Below, piece after piece: positions 27,491 through 39,946 of a stretch of 64,000 nt of DNA; position 1 is the stretch's first letter; each line of letters starts with the position of its first letter. The DNA comes from Okamejei kenojei (taxonomy: Eukaryota): assembly GCA_035221665.1 (NCBI GenBank), contig CM069160.1, positions 4,092,001 through 4,156,000 of the forward strand. The letters run 5' to 3'. The translations under genes and the position numbers were made by a program. The notes below the pieces were generated by a model. It was not told where the DNA came from, made no database searches, and worked only from the letters and a program-made list of their open reading frames with translations.

Positions 27491-30400
27491 ATTTTACTTC
27501 GGAGTCACGTGAGTCGGGCCGACAGGTAAGCTTTACCGTGGCCGTGTGTCCTTTTTCTCTGTGGTCTGCTTGTTTTCCAGAAAGAATGAGCAAGACCAGA
27601 GGAAAGAAGTCTGCAGCTCGCCCCCGTTCGTCCTCCGTTGAGGAATGCTCTTTGGAGGGGGGCAAGAGGCGGCGGGTATAACTACCGTGCCGAGCCCAGC
27701 ACCGCTAGTGCTGCCTGAGCAGTGGGCTGGAGGTACCTGCAGCCAGAACCGGGCGGTAGTGTCCGACGATTCGGATGAAGATGCCTCACCGCTCAAGAGC
27801 GGCACAGGCAGCCGCCTAAGCCGCATGGAACGCTTATGGAGCAATTACTCCAGCGAGATCTGCTGAGAGAGCAGCAGCAGACTCGCCAAGGGAGCTCAGG
27901 CACTCCCGCAGTGCCTTTTACGGCACTGGCCATTGCTTCACCTTCTTTTGAAGGCAGCATTGGCGACCAGGTCTGGGCTGCTCAAGAAGAGGGGTCACTG
28001 GCTGAAGATATCGGGAGTACGCAGTGGTGTACAGGAACAGGAAAAGCTGCTGGGTGTGGTCAAACCGCTACGTGGCCATTCCACAAGCGGGTCGGCCATT
28101 AGAGCCGAAACTTGCAGCCAGCATTAACCACCTGTCCTCTAAACTCCTACAAGAACAGGTGGTCAATGAGGCTCTTCAACTATATACAGCCCCAGTAAAT
28201 TGTACATCTTTGAATGTACCTGCTGTCAATAGCCAAATTTGGGGACATTTGGGGCAGAACATCAGAAACCTGGAGTTGAAGCTCCAGAAGATCCTTAAAC
28301 TCCTGACTGCAGGAATAACATCTTATGCTCGGTCCATTGATGGTGCGGACATCTCCACAAATCAGCAAGACACATTAGCTCTGCTGTGCACCACTCAATA
28401 TGAAATAAATAATTTGCGAAAGGAGATTATCAAGCCTTGCCCTCAACCCTAAGTTTGCGGGACTTTGCAAAAACACCGGGGTCAGAACCTCCTATTCTGC
28501 TCTTTGGGAAAGACCTTCCCAAAAAAGGTGAAAGACCTGGAAGAAGAATCCAAGACCTTTGGTCTCGTGAGGGCAGGTTTGGGACCGAGCAGAACCCAAC
28601 AAACCCAGGCGGCAGTACCCCATGGCGTCCACCAGTCGTCGACCACACTATGGGACTGGTGAAAGCTCGGCGTCCGCAACCATTCCCCGTAAGCCTTTTT
28701 TAGGCCAGGGCCCAGAGCGGACCCCATGGAAAATGCGCCACCCCCCCAACAACATCGAGATCAACATCAACCCTCTACAGCCCAGCAGACGCCTCATCGC
28801 CCAGCGAAGAGGCAGAAGAAGCAACCAATAACCATGGAGGTAGGTGGCTCTGGTTCCTCTCAGCATATGTGCAGTAGGGGCTCTGTACTAACAGGGGGGA
28901 GATTGCACTTGTTTTGGATGCATGGGAATCCATCACTAATGACAAGTATATACTCAGCAGCGTTCATGGCTACAAAATTGACTTTGTCCATAAAAATTTT
29001 CCACCAGTTCAGCATATGCCCAAAAGGGTATTCACCCTCTCAGTCAAGGAGAAACAAGAGGGTCAAGCTGAACTGATGAGGTTACAAGCTAAAGGTGTCA
29101 TTGAAAGAACAAAACATGAACCTTTGGAATATTGGTCTAATATTTTCACTAAAATCAAAAAAGATGGTGGACGACGCATCATCATTGACTTAACTACTTT
29201 GAACAAGTCTGTCAGGTATATACATTTCAACCTGGATACTTTTGAAACAGCCAGACTATTGGTTTCTAGAGGTACTTTCTAGCAAGCATTGATTTAAAAG
29301 ATGACTACTACTCAGTACCCATACACAAGGAGCATCGAAAATATTTAAAATTTATCTGGATGAAACAGCTATGGCAATATAAAGCCTTAGCAAATGGGCT
29401 AACCTCTGCTCCAAGGTTGTTCACTAAAATCTTAAAAACCTGCCTTGGCATTATTGAGGAAACAAAAGCATATAGTCATGGCGTATTTAGACGACATTTT
29501 AATAGTAGGGAAAACCTTGGAGACAGCCATTCTGGCAGTAGCAGCCACCAAACGTTTGTTTGAAACTTTGGGGTTTGTCATACATCCAGATAAATCCAAT
29601 CTTACACCATCCACTGCCATGGACTATCTTGGATTTACTATAGATACTGTTCGCATGATTGTACTCTGCGAAGGGGAAAAGCATCAGAATTGGCGCTATC
29701 ATGCAACGAACTCATGAATAAAACATCAGCCAACCATACGGGAAGTAGCTAGAGTTATTGGCAAAATGAAGCAGCTTTTTCCAGCCGTACAATTTGGGCC
29801 TTTGCACTATCAAAATTTGCAAAGAGCTAAAGTGCATGCACTAAAGCAAAACTCAGGTCACTTTGACCGAGCTATGAGTTTAACTGCTGAATCCATTCCA
29901 GAGTTACAATGGTGGGCAAGGAACGTAAGACTCAGCTCCAGTCCCATAATGATCACCAACCCAATATTAACCATTCAAACGGATGCCAGTGCTTTGGGCT
30001 GGGGAGCAACTAACATGCAATCCAGCACAGGGGGGCAGATGGAATAAAATTTGAATCATCTTGCCTACAGACATGGGGTATCAACTATTTAGAAATGTTG
30101 CGTGCGTTTTATGGGTTAAAAGCATATTCATCTAATACGCATCATGCACATGTCCGGTTGCAACTAGATAATACCACGGTGGTGGCTTATATCAATCACA
30201 TGGATGTGTAAAGTCGATATCGTGTGACAATTTGGCCAACCTAATCTGGCAATGGTGTGTTAAAAGGCATATTTGGTTATCAGCAACTTACCTTACCAGG
30301 TAAGCAAAATACAGTGGCAGACACCAGGTCACGTAGATTTAATGATAACATCGAATGGATGTTAAATCCCAAAGTATTTGCTGAAATTACAAAGCAATAT

Positions 30401-32250
30401 GGCACACCAGATATCGATCTATTTGCATCCAGGCTGAATCACCAGGTACCAACGTATGTCGCTTGGGAACCAGACCCTGAGGCAGCAGCAGTTGATGCAT
30501 TCTCGCTGCATTGGGGGAAAATGTTCTTTTATGCTTTTCCTCCCTTCTGCCTCATCAGTCGGGTATTACGCAAGATTCAATTGGATTCCGCTTCAGGAAT
30601 CTTGATAATACCTGACTGGCCTACACAGCTATGGTTCCCAGTGGCTTTCGACATGCCTGTTGAGACACCGTTGGAATTCCCCAGCAGTCGACAGTTATTA
30701 ATCCACCCAGTGTCAGGCATTAGTCACCCGTGCCATGACAGAGTCAATCTCCTGGCTTGCAGATTCTAAAAAGACCTCTACTGGGCCTGGACTGTCTGAG
30801 GACGCCATCAACATGATGACCGCATCTCACCGGGAGTCCACCAGGAGACAATACCTGGCCAATATAAGAAAATGGGAACGGTATTGCTCCAAAACAGGAA
30901 CTACCTACACTACAGCTACAGCCACCAGTGTTGTGGAGTTTCTGGTTGGATTACATCGGGAAGGACTCAGCTACAGCGCCATTAATACAGCCAGGAGTGC
31001 GTTGTCAGCTTATTTGGTTCCAGCAGCAGGACAACTGACTTTGGGGTCCCATCCACTAGTGGTCAAAATCATGAGGGGCATTTTTAACACCAATTCCCCT
31101 AGGCCTAGGTACACTCAGATCTGGGATGTCAGCATAGTACTGACGTACCTTAGGGGATGGCCACCACCCAGGTCACTTACTCTGGAACAACTTACACTGA
31201 AATCAGTCATGCTCATGGCTCTAGTGTCAGCTCAAAGGGTACAGTCCCTCCACCTTCTGAGGCTGGACAGCATGACAGAGTCATTGGACTGTATCACATT
31301 TCACATTCAGGGACTGGTCAAAACAAACTAGACCAGGTACCACCCTCCAGTTATGGAGTTCCGGGCATATTCACCTGACCCACGGTTGTGTGCCAAGACC
31401 CATCTCGCCAACTACATAGACACAAAATATAACTTAAGAGGGAGAGAAAAAGCCTTATGGATAAGCCACAAGAAGCCTCATGGTCAGGTGACGAGCCAAA
31501 CCATTTCAAGGTGGCTCAAGCAGGTGCATAAGTCCGCGGGAGTCGATACTAATGTGTACAAATCTCATTCCACCAGGGCTGCATCTACGTCGGCGGCTAG
31601 GCGAATGGTGTGCCTATGGGCCATATTCTGGCCAGAGCAGGATGGTCCTCGGAAAGAACTTTCCAAAGGTTTTATAATAAGCCGCTGGCGGAGCCTGCTA
31701 CATTTGCAGACAGAATTTTAGAGTCTGCAGATAATATTTAATTTAAGCCCGGGGGAGCTCTCTGTTTTTTGTTGTTATTAATAAACCTTTTTTGTTCACA
31801 AACAGGTTATTGTTGATTGTATAACATGCTTCCTCCCTCTAAGGTCTTCAGGCAGTGAGTGAAGCATGAGCTGGTACACGGTTCGGATTCAACAGAGCTT
31901 TGAAGTCTTCACGTAGTCACTCACGTGACTCCGAATTAAAATAGTAAGATTAAATGAGAACTTACCAGTTCGAAGTTTGATCTGTATTTTATGAGGAGTT
32001 ACGATGAGGGATTACGTGCCCTCCGCTCCCACCCTCTATTATACAGATCAACTGGTAATTAAGTTCTTATTTTTTCTTTACTATATTTATTTCAATTGTT
32101 GTGTTTTTCTGTGAATCCACACCGCTGCTTTGAAGAAATGTCGCGCATGCGTGCTGGACGGGGTCTTCACGTAATCCCTCATCGTAACTCCTCATAAAAT
32201 ACAGATCAAACTTCGAACTGGTAAGTTCTCATTTAATCTTACTATTTTAC
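27491..32250 (+). mobile_element. Near-complete DIRS1-like retrotransposon (gag, RT/RNase H, MT-like, tyrosine recombinase, ICR, right terminus)
   Basis: gag-like from ATG 27586; RT YLDD (29445 ORF); QTDAS; DLFAS/YAFPPF; YR with SAQR and HSTR; ICR 31919-32018 complementary to both termini; ATTTTAC at both ends. Confidence 0.95.
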
Positions 32251-33132
32251 CTAAGCCAATTAACCTTTAAAGCCCGTATTTCTTTGGAATGTGGGAGGAA
32301 ACGGGAAACTCCCAGACAAAACTCACGCAGTCACTGGGAGAAACTAATTTTATGATAGTAGCTAGTTACACAAAAGGCTAGTAGTGATGCCATAACCGAC
32401 CCCATTATCCGTCTGAAGTAGCAGCACCTGTTCTGTAGCTGACTTATTTGTTCCAGCCAAGACCTCTGCAAAGATCACAAGATTAAGAGTTCAAGAGAGT
32501 TTATTGTTATGTTGTCAGATAGGACAATGAAATTCTTCCTTTGCTTCAGCACAAGAGAATATGGTAGGCATGAATATAGAACATATCAGTGTGTCTATAT
32601 ACCATTATATAAATTTATATACACATGAATAAATAATAGATAAAGTGCAACTAAAAAGAAAATGGGCTATTAATGTTCAGAGTTTTGTTTGAGTTGCGTT
32701 TAATAGCCTGATGGCTGTGGTGAAGAGGCTGTTTCTGAACCTTGACGTTGCAGTCTTCAGGCTCCTGTACCTTCTCCCTAAAGGTAGCAGGGAGATGAGT
32801 GTGTGGCCAGGATGATGTGGGTCCTTGGTGATGCTGACAGCCTTTTTGAGGCAGCGACTGCGATAGATCCCTCGATGGTAGGGAGGTCAGAGCCGATGAG
32901 GGACTGGGCAGTATTTAGTACTTTTTGTAGCATTTTTCGCTCCTGGGCACTCAAGTTGCTGAACCAAGCCACGATGCAACCGATCAGCATGCTCTCTATT
33001 GTGCACCTGTAGAAGTTAGAGAGAAGTTAGAGTCAGCTTGGCCCTTCACACCAGGGCGAAGCTGACATGGTTACAATTGCTGGTCAGTACGAATAGGCAG
33101 TAATGTTAATGTCTGAGTGTGCGCTCATGTGG

Positions 33133-33304
33133 NNNNNNNNNNNNNNNNNNNNNNNNNNNNNNNNNNNNNNNNNNNNNNNNNNNNNNNNNNNNNNNNNNNN
33201 NNNNNNNNNNNNNNNNNNNNNNNNNNNNNNNNNNNNNNNNNNNNNNNNNNNNNNNNNNNNNNNNNNNNNNNNNNNNNNNNNNNNNNNNNNNNNNNNNNNN
33301 NNNN
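33133..33304. other. Assembly gap (N run) within MHC intron 4
   Basis: Run of N. Confidence 0.99.
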
Positions 33305-33680
33305 CTCCGATACCATTGAACCATCAGCAGTTTAAAACCTTTGAAGTGTTATCAACTATAAATGGGTTAACTTTTATTTGTTATAATAACAATTGTCAAC
33401 ATAAGAAAATAGCCTTGTTGACCTCTACACTGCAAATAGTCATCTATTTATGACGTACATGATTGTTTAAATTCTTAATTAAATGCTGGAGATAAAATCA
33501 CAAAGCCACAATGCTAATATGAATTTTAAAGATTTTCATCGATTTTTTTAAACACATCTATCGTCTGGACAATTACATAAATCTAAAATATGAACAGTGC
33601 TAGTTTAATGTAGATAATAAAATAATTACAAAGTTGTTATTGATCAATAAATGTTTAAATTGCACTATATATGACTACAG

Positions 33681-33922
33681 AGAGGGCAGCGAAAGAAGAT
33701 ATAAAGATTAGGATCGTGACTGGAGCTGTAATCATTCCTCTTATTCTCGTTGGGATCATCATTGGAATTGTTTGCTGGATGAAGAGGAAAAGGAGAAAAA
33801 CTCTCAATGAACAGGGACCAGCTGACAACAGCAGAGACCAGGAGAGGACTGCATTGACCATGAAGCACAATCAGCTTCCTTTGGGATGCAGAGGAGGTCT
33901 ACCGGAACGATGCATGGATTAG
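33681..33922 (+). CDS. MHC class I-like gene, exon 5 (connecting peptide, TM, cytoplasmic tail)
   Basis: ctacag acceptor in phase 1 with exon 4; IVTGAVIIPLILVGIIIGIVCW followed by KRKRRK stop-transfer; AATAAA at 34483. Confidence 0.85.
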
Positions 33923-34619
33923 TGGGGTATTGGTGACAGGGAGAAGTTGGACAGACTTGGATTGTTTTCTCTGGAATGTCGGGGATTGAGGGGAGACCTG
34001 TCAGTAATATATAAAACTGTGAGGGGTAGAGATAGGGCAGACCATCAGACTTTTTACCCTGGAAGGAAATACCAAATAAGAGCAGGTATAGCTTTACAAT
34101 GAGTGCCAAAGTTTAAAAAAAGATGTGCAGGGCAAGTGTTTTACGCCAAGGGTGATGAGTGACTGGAATGTGCTGCCGGGGGTGGTGGTGAAAGCAGATA
34201 TGGTAGTGGCATTAAATAGACTTTTACATAGGCGCATGAATGTGCAAGGAATGGATGGATATGGATTATGTGCAAGGAGATAAGAATTGATCTTGGCATC
34301 ATGTTCAGCACAATCATTGTGGATCAAAGAGCCTGTTCTTGTGCTGTACTGTTCTATGTTCTATGCTCTTGATTCTATCAATGCTGACTGATGGCTTTAC
34401 ATTCAGCCATTCATTTTTTTAAGTGCTGTCTTAGTTGCAGTTACCCGGTGATTCCGAACTCATTCATTGCACCACATTTTGGAATAAAAGGTCGCCCATT
34501 TGATTGATTGATTGATTAATACTTTATTGTCACGTGCGTCAAGTCACAGTGAAATTATTCGTTTTGCAAAACATGCACAAGGTATCTAAAGTTACAAAGT
34601 AATCATTACAGTCCCCAAT

Positions 34620-35230
34620 GGTCCGTCTTTGTTCTCCGCAGCCCCTCCATGTTGGGTTCACCTGTGTTGTAAGCGCCCCCCTCCCAACCCCGGGCCCCTC
34701 TTTGTTGTCGGCAGCCGCTCCATGTTGGGTTTCTGTGTTAACCATGCCCTCTCAACCCGGGACCCTCTTTGTTCTCAGCAGCCCCTCCATGTTGGGTTCA
34801 CTTGTGTTATCGGCGCCCCTCCCCCAACCCCGGGTCGCTCTTTTGTACTCGGCAGCCCTTCCATGTTGGGTTCACCTGTGTTCTCAGCGCCCACCCCCCC
34901 CCCCCCAAAGCCCGGGACCCTCTTTGTTCTCGGCAGCCCCTCCATGTTGGGTTCACCTGTGTTATCGGCGCACCCCCCCCCCCCCCCAACCCCGGGACCC
35001 TCTTCATTCTGGACAGCTCCTCCATGTTGGGTTCTCCTGTGTTATCGGCGCCCCCGCCCCAACCCCGGGACCGTCTTTATTCTAGGCAGCTCCTGCATGT
35101 TGGGTTCACCTGTGTTCTCAGCGCCCCCCTCCCCCAAACACGGGACCCTCTTTGTTATCGGCAGCCCCTCCATGTTGGGTTCACCTGTGTTATCGGCGGC
35201 CCCCAACCCTGGGACCCTCTTTGTTCTCTT
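34620..35230. repeat. Minisatellite, ~70-bp unit, ~9 copies
   Basis: Unit ~ggcagcccctccatgttgggttcacctgtgttatcggcg(c)n aaccccgggaccctctttgttct. Confidence 0.9.
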
Positions 35231-38200
35231 CGTTTTCGGTAGACCTCTCATGTCGGGTCCCTTTTTAAAATAGATACGAAGAAGATTTATTTTTCAGGAG
35301 GTGTATGATTTGCCTGAACTTTCTATTGCAGCTGTGAAGACAAGGTGAATGACTATTTTCCAGGTTGAGATATTTGAGTTTTTAGATCAGAAATGTATCA
35401 AAGATTGCAAGTATTATGCGGTAAACTGATCAAATAGAAACACAGAAACACAGAAAATAGGTGCAGGAGTAGGCCATTCGGCCCTTCGAGCCTGCACCGC
35501 CATTCAATATGATCATGGCTGATCATCCTACTCAGTATCCCGTACCTGCCTTCGCTCCATACCCCCTGATCCCTTTAGCCACAAGGGCCACATCTAACTA
35601 CCTCTTAAATATAGCCAATGAACTGGCCTCGATTACCTTCTGTGGCAGAGAATTCCAGAGATTCACCACTCTCTGTGTGAAAAATGTTTTTCTCATCTCG
35701 GTCCTAAAAGACTTCCCCCTTATCCTTAAACTGTGACCCCTTGTCCTGGACATCCGCAACATCGGGAACAATCTTTCCTGCATCTAGCCTGTCCAACCCC
35801 TTAAGAATTTTGTAAGTATCTATAAGATTGGACATTGCAGTTATTGAATGATGCAGTCTGTTCAAGGGAGATTATAACTGATTACTAATCTTATTTTACA
35901 TAAAATATTAAGAAGTACATCTCAGGAAGAGGCCCTTTGGCCCACAATGTCTGTGGTGAACATGGTGAGATGCTGAACTTATCTCATCCAACTGCAACAT
36001 GATCCACATCCCCTTACTTCCTGCAGATCAAATTGTCAATCTAAAAGCCTCTCACATGTCATATACTTATCTTGCCGGAGATAGACATGAAAAGCTGGGG
36101 AGCTCACCGGATCAGACAGCATCTCTGGATACAAGGCATAGGTGACATTTCGGGTCGAGACCCTTCTTCAGACTGAGAACTGCTGTTTGACCCGCGTTTT
36201 GAGCCTATCTTCGGGTTACTCCAGCTTTTTGAGCCTATCTTCGGGTGAAACCAGCATCTGCAGTTCCTTCCTAGTTATTTTGCCACTTCTCTTTGTCACA
36301 TACTGTAACCTGCATTCCGTGTTCACATACCTGATGGTGTAGTGGAGAAGTAATTGCCTTTGCATGTAATGCTTCACTCAGTGCTTCAAGTATTTGATGG
36401 GCCAGTCAACAAGGATCTTTGTTTTCAATACGAACCACACTCTACACCACAGTTTAGATAATATTGCTTAGTTTAGTTGAGAAACCTTTGAGATGTGCAA
36501 GGAAACTGGAGCACCTGGAGAAATGCCACGTGGTCACATGGAGAACATGCAAATTCCACAGAAACAATATCCCAGTACCCTGCCATGTGAACACGGTAAG
36601 TATGGGGCCTGTGTTTTATTGACCCTACAGAGCACGGGGAACAATACTCATTATCAAAACTGTGGTATAATAGCTGTGTAAGTGTTTTATGTGCAACAGA
36701 CCGAGAATTTCATTGTATATCCACCAGTGTCATTTCTGAATTATGAGCGTTTAAAAAATACGTTTGATTGAGTTTGCAGGCATCCACCATTCTCTGGGTA
36801 ACATTGAAATAAGCATGTTCAGCCATTCTGAGAATAGGAGCGAATTGGCTCAGAGTGATAACAGAGCAAAATTATTAGTTTAGTTTAGTTTAGAGATAAA
36901 GGTTGGAACAAACCCTTCAGCCCACCGAGTCCTCACTGATTTCCGCAAACTAACATTGGTCCAGATGAAACCCGGCTGTGTGGCACTTAAGGCAGCAACT
37001 GCAGTGCTGCACCGCCATGTTGCCCTTATTGTTGTCGGGTGTGCAGCGAATGGAGGTATATTATGTGCAGGCTAATAAGAGTTGGTCTTGACATCATGTT
37101 CAACACAGACATTGTGGGCCAAAGGGCCTGTTCCAGTGCTGTGGAGGGGACCAGGGGACAGGGGAGGGACAATTTCTTGGCGGCCGCGCGCATGCGCACA
37201 ATCACACACACACGCCAGGCATCTGTAGCTTCAGCCGTGCTCGCTGTGAACGGTATTAGCTTGGGATTCTTCCAGTTTCCAGCCCCGCGACGTGGATGCT
37301 TCTACGACTGGGCCGGTACCGTTGGAATGCGTCAATAAGTGCAGATTTGTACCACAGATTTAAAAAAATACCGGGCATTATGCTGGACAACATAATATAG
37401 GACAGGACACTTTCAAGCTGCTTGAAAGTGCCATGAAGAAGGGTTTCGGACCGAAACGTCGCCTATTTCCTTCGCTCCATAGATGCTGCCGCACCCGCAG
37501 AGTTCCTCCAGCATTTTTGTCTACCTTCGATTTTCTAACATGTGCAGTTCCTTCTTGAACATGTCCTATATTATGTTGCCCAGCATGACGTCCAGTGTTT
37601 TTTTTAAATCTGTGGTAACTGTAGTATGGATACCGAGCTATTAAACCAAGAAATATATAAATGAACTGAATTATATGCAATCTAAAACTTTGTATTCTTG
37701 GATGTATTAAACATTTTTACCCCAATTGCCAGCTGTAAAAATAGATGGTGTCAATTAGTTAATAAAATTGCTTTCTAATCTGCAGAGAGCATTTGGTCTC
37801 TGTAATTGCTTGTTTTGTTGCCTTTGTAACTGTCATGCACGAAATTTTGTTTAAACTTGTTTGAATAAAAATAAAGGAAATTCGATTCAATTCAATGTAC
37901 AGGTGGAGGTTCCCTCTCTCTATTTGTCAAATGTATTTTAGATTCTCATGTGGCTCATGGGATACGGTTTATTGGTGAAACATTTAGCTTGTGCGTTTGC
38001 CAACATGTGGATAGCTCATCACTGAAGATTACGTCAATTATTGTCCTCTGGCAGTTTAGACACTACTTTGGAATTGGGCTTGGTGTTCTTGCTTGAGCGC
38101 TTATCCTGATGATATAGCACAATCACTATGTGTATTAATGGTAAATCATAATTGATATTAGCTCAATGTTACTGAGCATGTTCTCAAACCAGGAGACGTC

Positions 38201-39946
38201 AGGAACTGCAGATTCTGGCACTTTGAGCAAACCATTAACTGCTGGAGGAACTCAGCGGGTCAGGCAGCATTTCTGGAGAATGGAATAGGTTACATTTTAG
38301 GTCTGAAGAAGGCTCTCGACACAAATCGTCGCCTTTTCCCTTTCTTCGGAGATGCTGCCTGACCTGTTGAGTTACTCCAGCTTTCTGTGTCTATGAAAGA
38401 ACGTACTCTTTCCTTTCTACATTGTTCCACTCCAAATTAAAAACTAAACAAAAAATTGAACTGCATTGTATGTTTTCCTAATTATCAATCGATTGGGGCA
38501 TGGGACATAGGTTCTCACAAACATTGCAACAGCTGGTTAGGCTGTTAATGTTAAACAGCATTAGGAAAATAGCCGACCCGGAAAATAAAACCATTGCGGT
38601 TTGAGTTGATGAAAATATAACTGTTTACATCATTCAATGCGTGGGAAGGAACTGCAGATGCTGGTTTATACTGAAGACAGACACAAAATGTTGGAGTAAC
38701 TCAGCGGGCCAGGCAGCATCTCTGCAGATCAAATTGTCAATCTAAAAGCCTCTCACTTGTCAAACGAACAAACACTATCGGTGGAGTTTTTGTTTCAGAC
38801 CGTGTTTGTTCGTGAAAGTGATCACTAAAAAATGCAACCGAGTGTACCCTTCCTGAGTACCACGGTGCAGGCAGTATTGAAAGTAAATTATTCATCCAAA
38901 CTGCCGAAGATAGCGCTCTGAACACACGAAACGTGACCAATTCCTTCTCTCCAGAGATGCTGCCTGTCTCGCTCAGTGTGTGCAGCTATGTGGTTCTATC
39001 TTCTGTTTCTGGTGTCCCCGCTGAGTTTCTCCAGCATTTTCTCGGCGGGGACAAAACTGCTGGAGAAACTCAGCGGGGACAAAACTGCGGAAGTAACTCA
39101 GTGGGGACCCAGCTGTCCCGGCTGCGTTTCTCCAGCAGTATTGTCCCCGTTGAGTTTCTCCTGCAGTTTTGTCCCCGATGAGTTTCTCCTGCAATTTTGT
39201 CGACCTTCGATTTTCCAGCATCTGCAGTTCCTTCTTAAGCAGCATTTCATCAAGTTGAGATAAACATTAGATACTGCAATTGTTACTGGAAAATCATGCC
39301 ATAACAATATGATGCCGGATCTCGTGTTAAGTTAACTAGATCTAGAATGAGGTGAAATTGATAAAAATGAGACTGAATCTTACTGAATCTAACTTAAATA
39401 AGTGCAAGTCCCGGGTAAAGTCTTTTCTTCAGTAACATTCGTTTATGATATCACTGAATAAGAACGGACTGCTCGCACATGATATGGTGGATTTTCTGCA
39501 GTTTATTCCATGCAATAATATTCATACAAAATATGAAAAAGTGAAATGAGAAAAGATGAGAAAAGATCAGCACTTAAAATATACCTTTTGGAAAGGGGTA
39601 CCCGCACGAAAAATGAATGTAATGTTCTTTGTCTCTCCTTTTGTGATGAAATATTGTCTGGATGACTTCTCTTCAAACATCTCCGCATTGGCCCGTCAGA
39701 CATTTCGATGTTCGCAAAGGGTCTGAAGAAGGGTCTCGACCTGAATCATCGCCTATTCCTTATCTTCGGAAATCTACCTCCAAAGTTCAAATGATAATAG
39801 TGTCCGCATCTGACAGTTTTAAATGCTCCCGTTAATTTTAGTCAAAGGAACACGTTATACTTGAAGCAAGGTCAGTTCACACAATTATATTATAAGGATT
39901 AATGAATGGATATCGATGTTGCAGTTAACAATGGCAGTTAACACAT

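Noticed and set aside
30735-31721. Phage integrase or prophage / bacterial contamination
   Set aside because: The tyrosine recombinase is the standard third ORF of the surrounding DIRS retrotransposon
34618-35273. Repetitive Pro-rich ORFs, or a CRISPR-like array
   Set aside because: Tandem units without unique spacers, in a vertebrate context; open in several frames by composition
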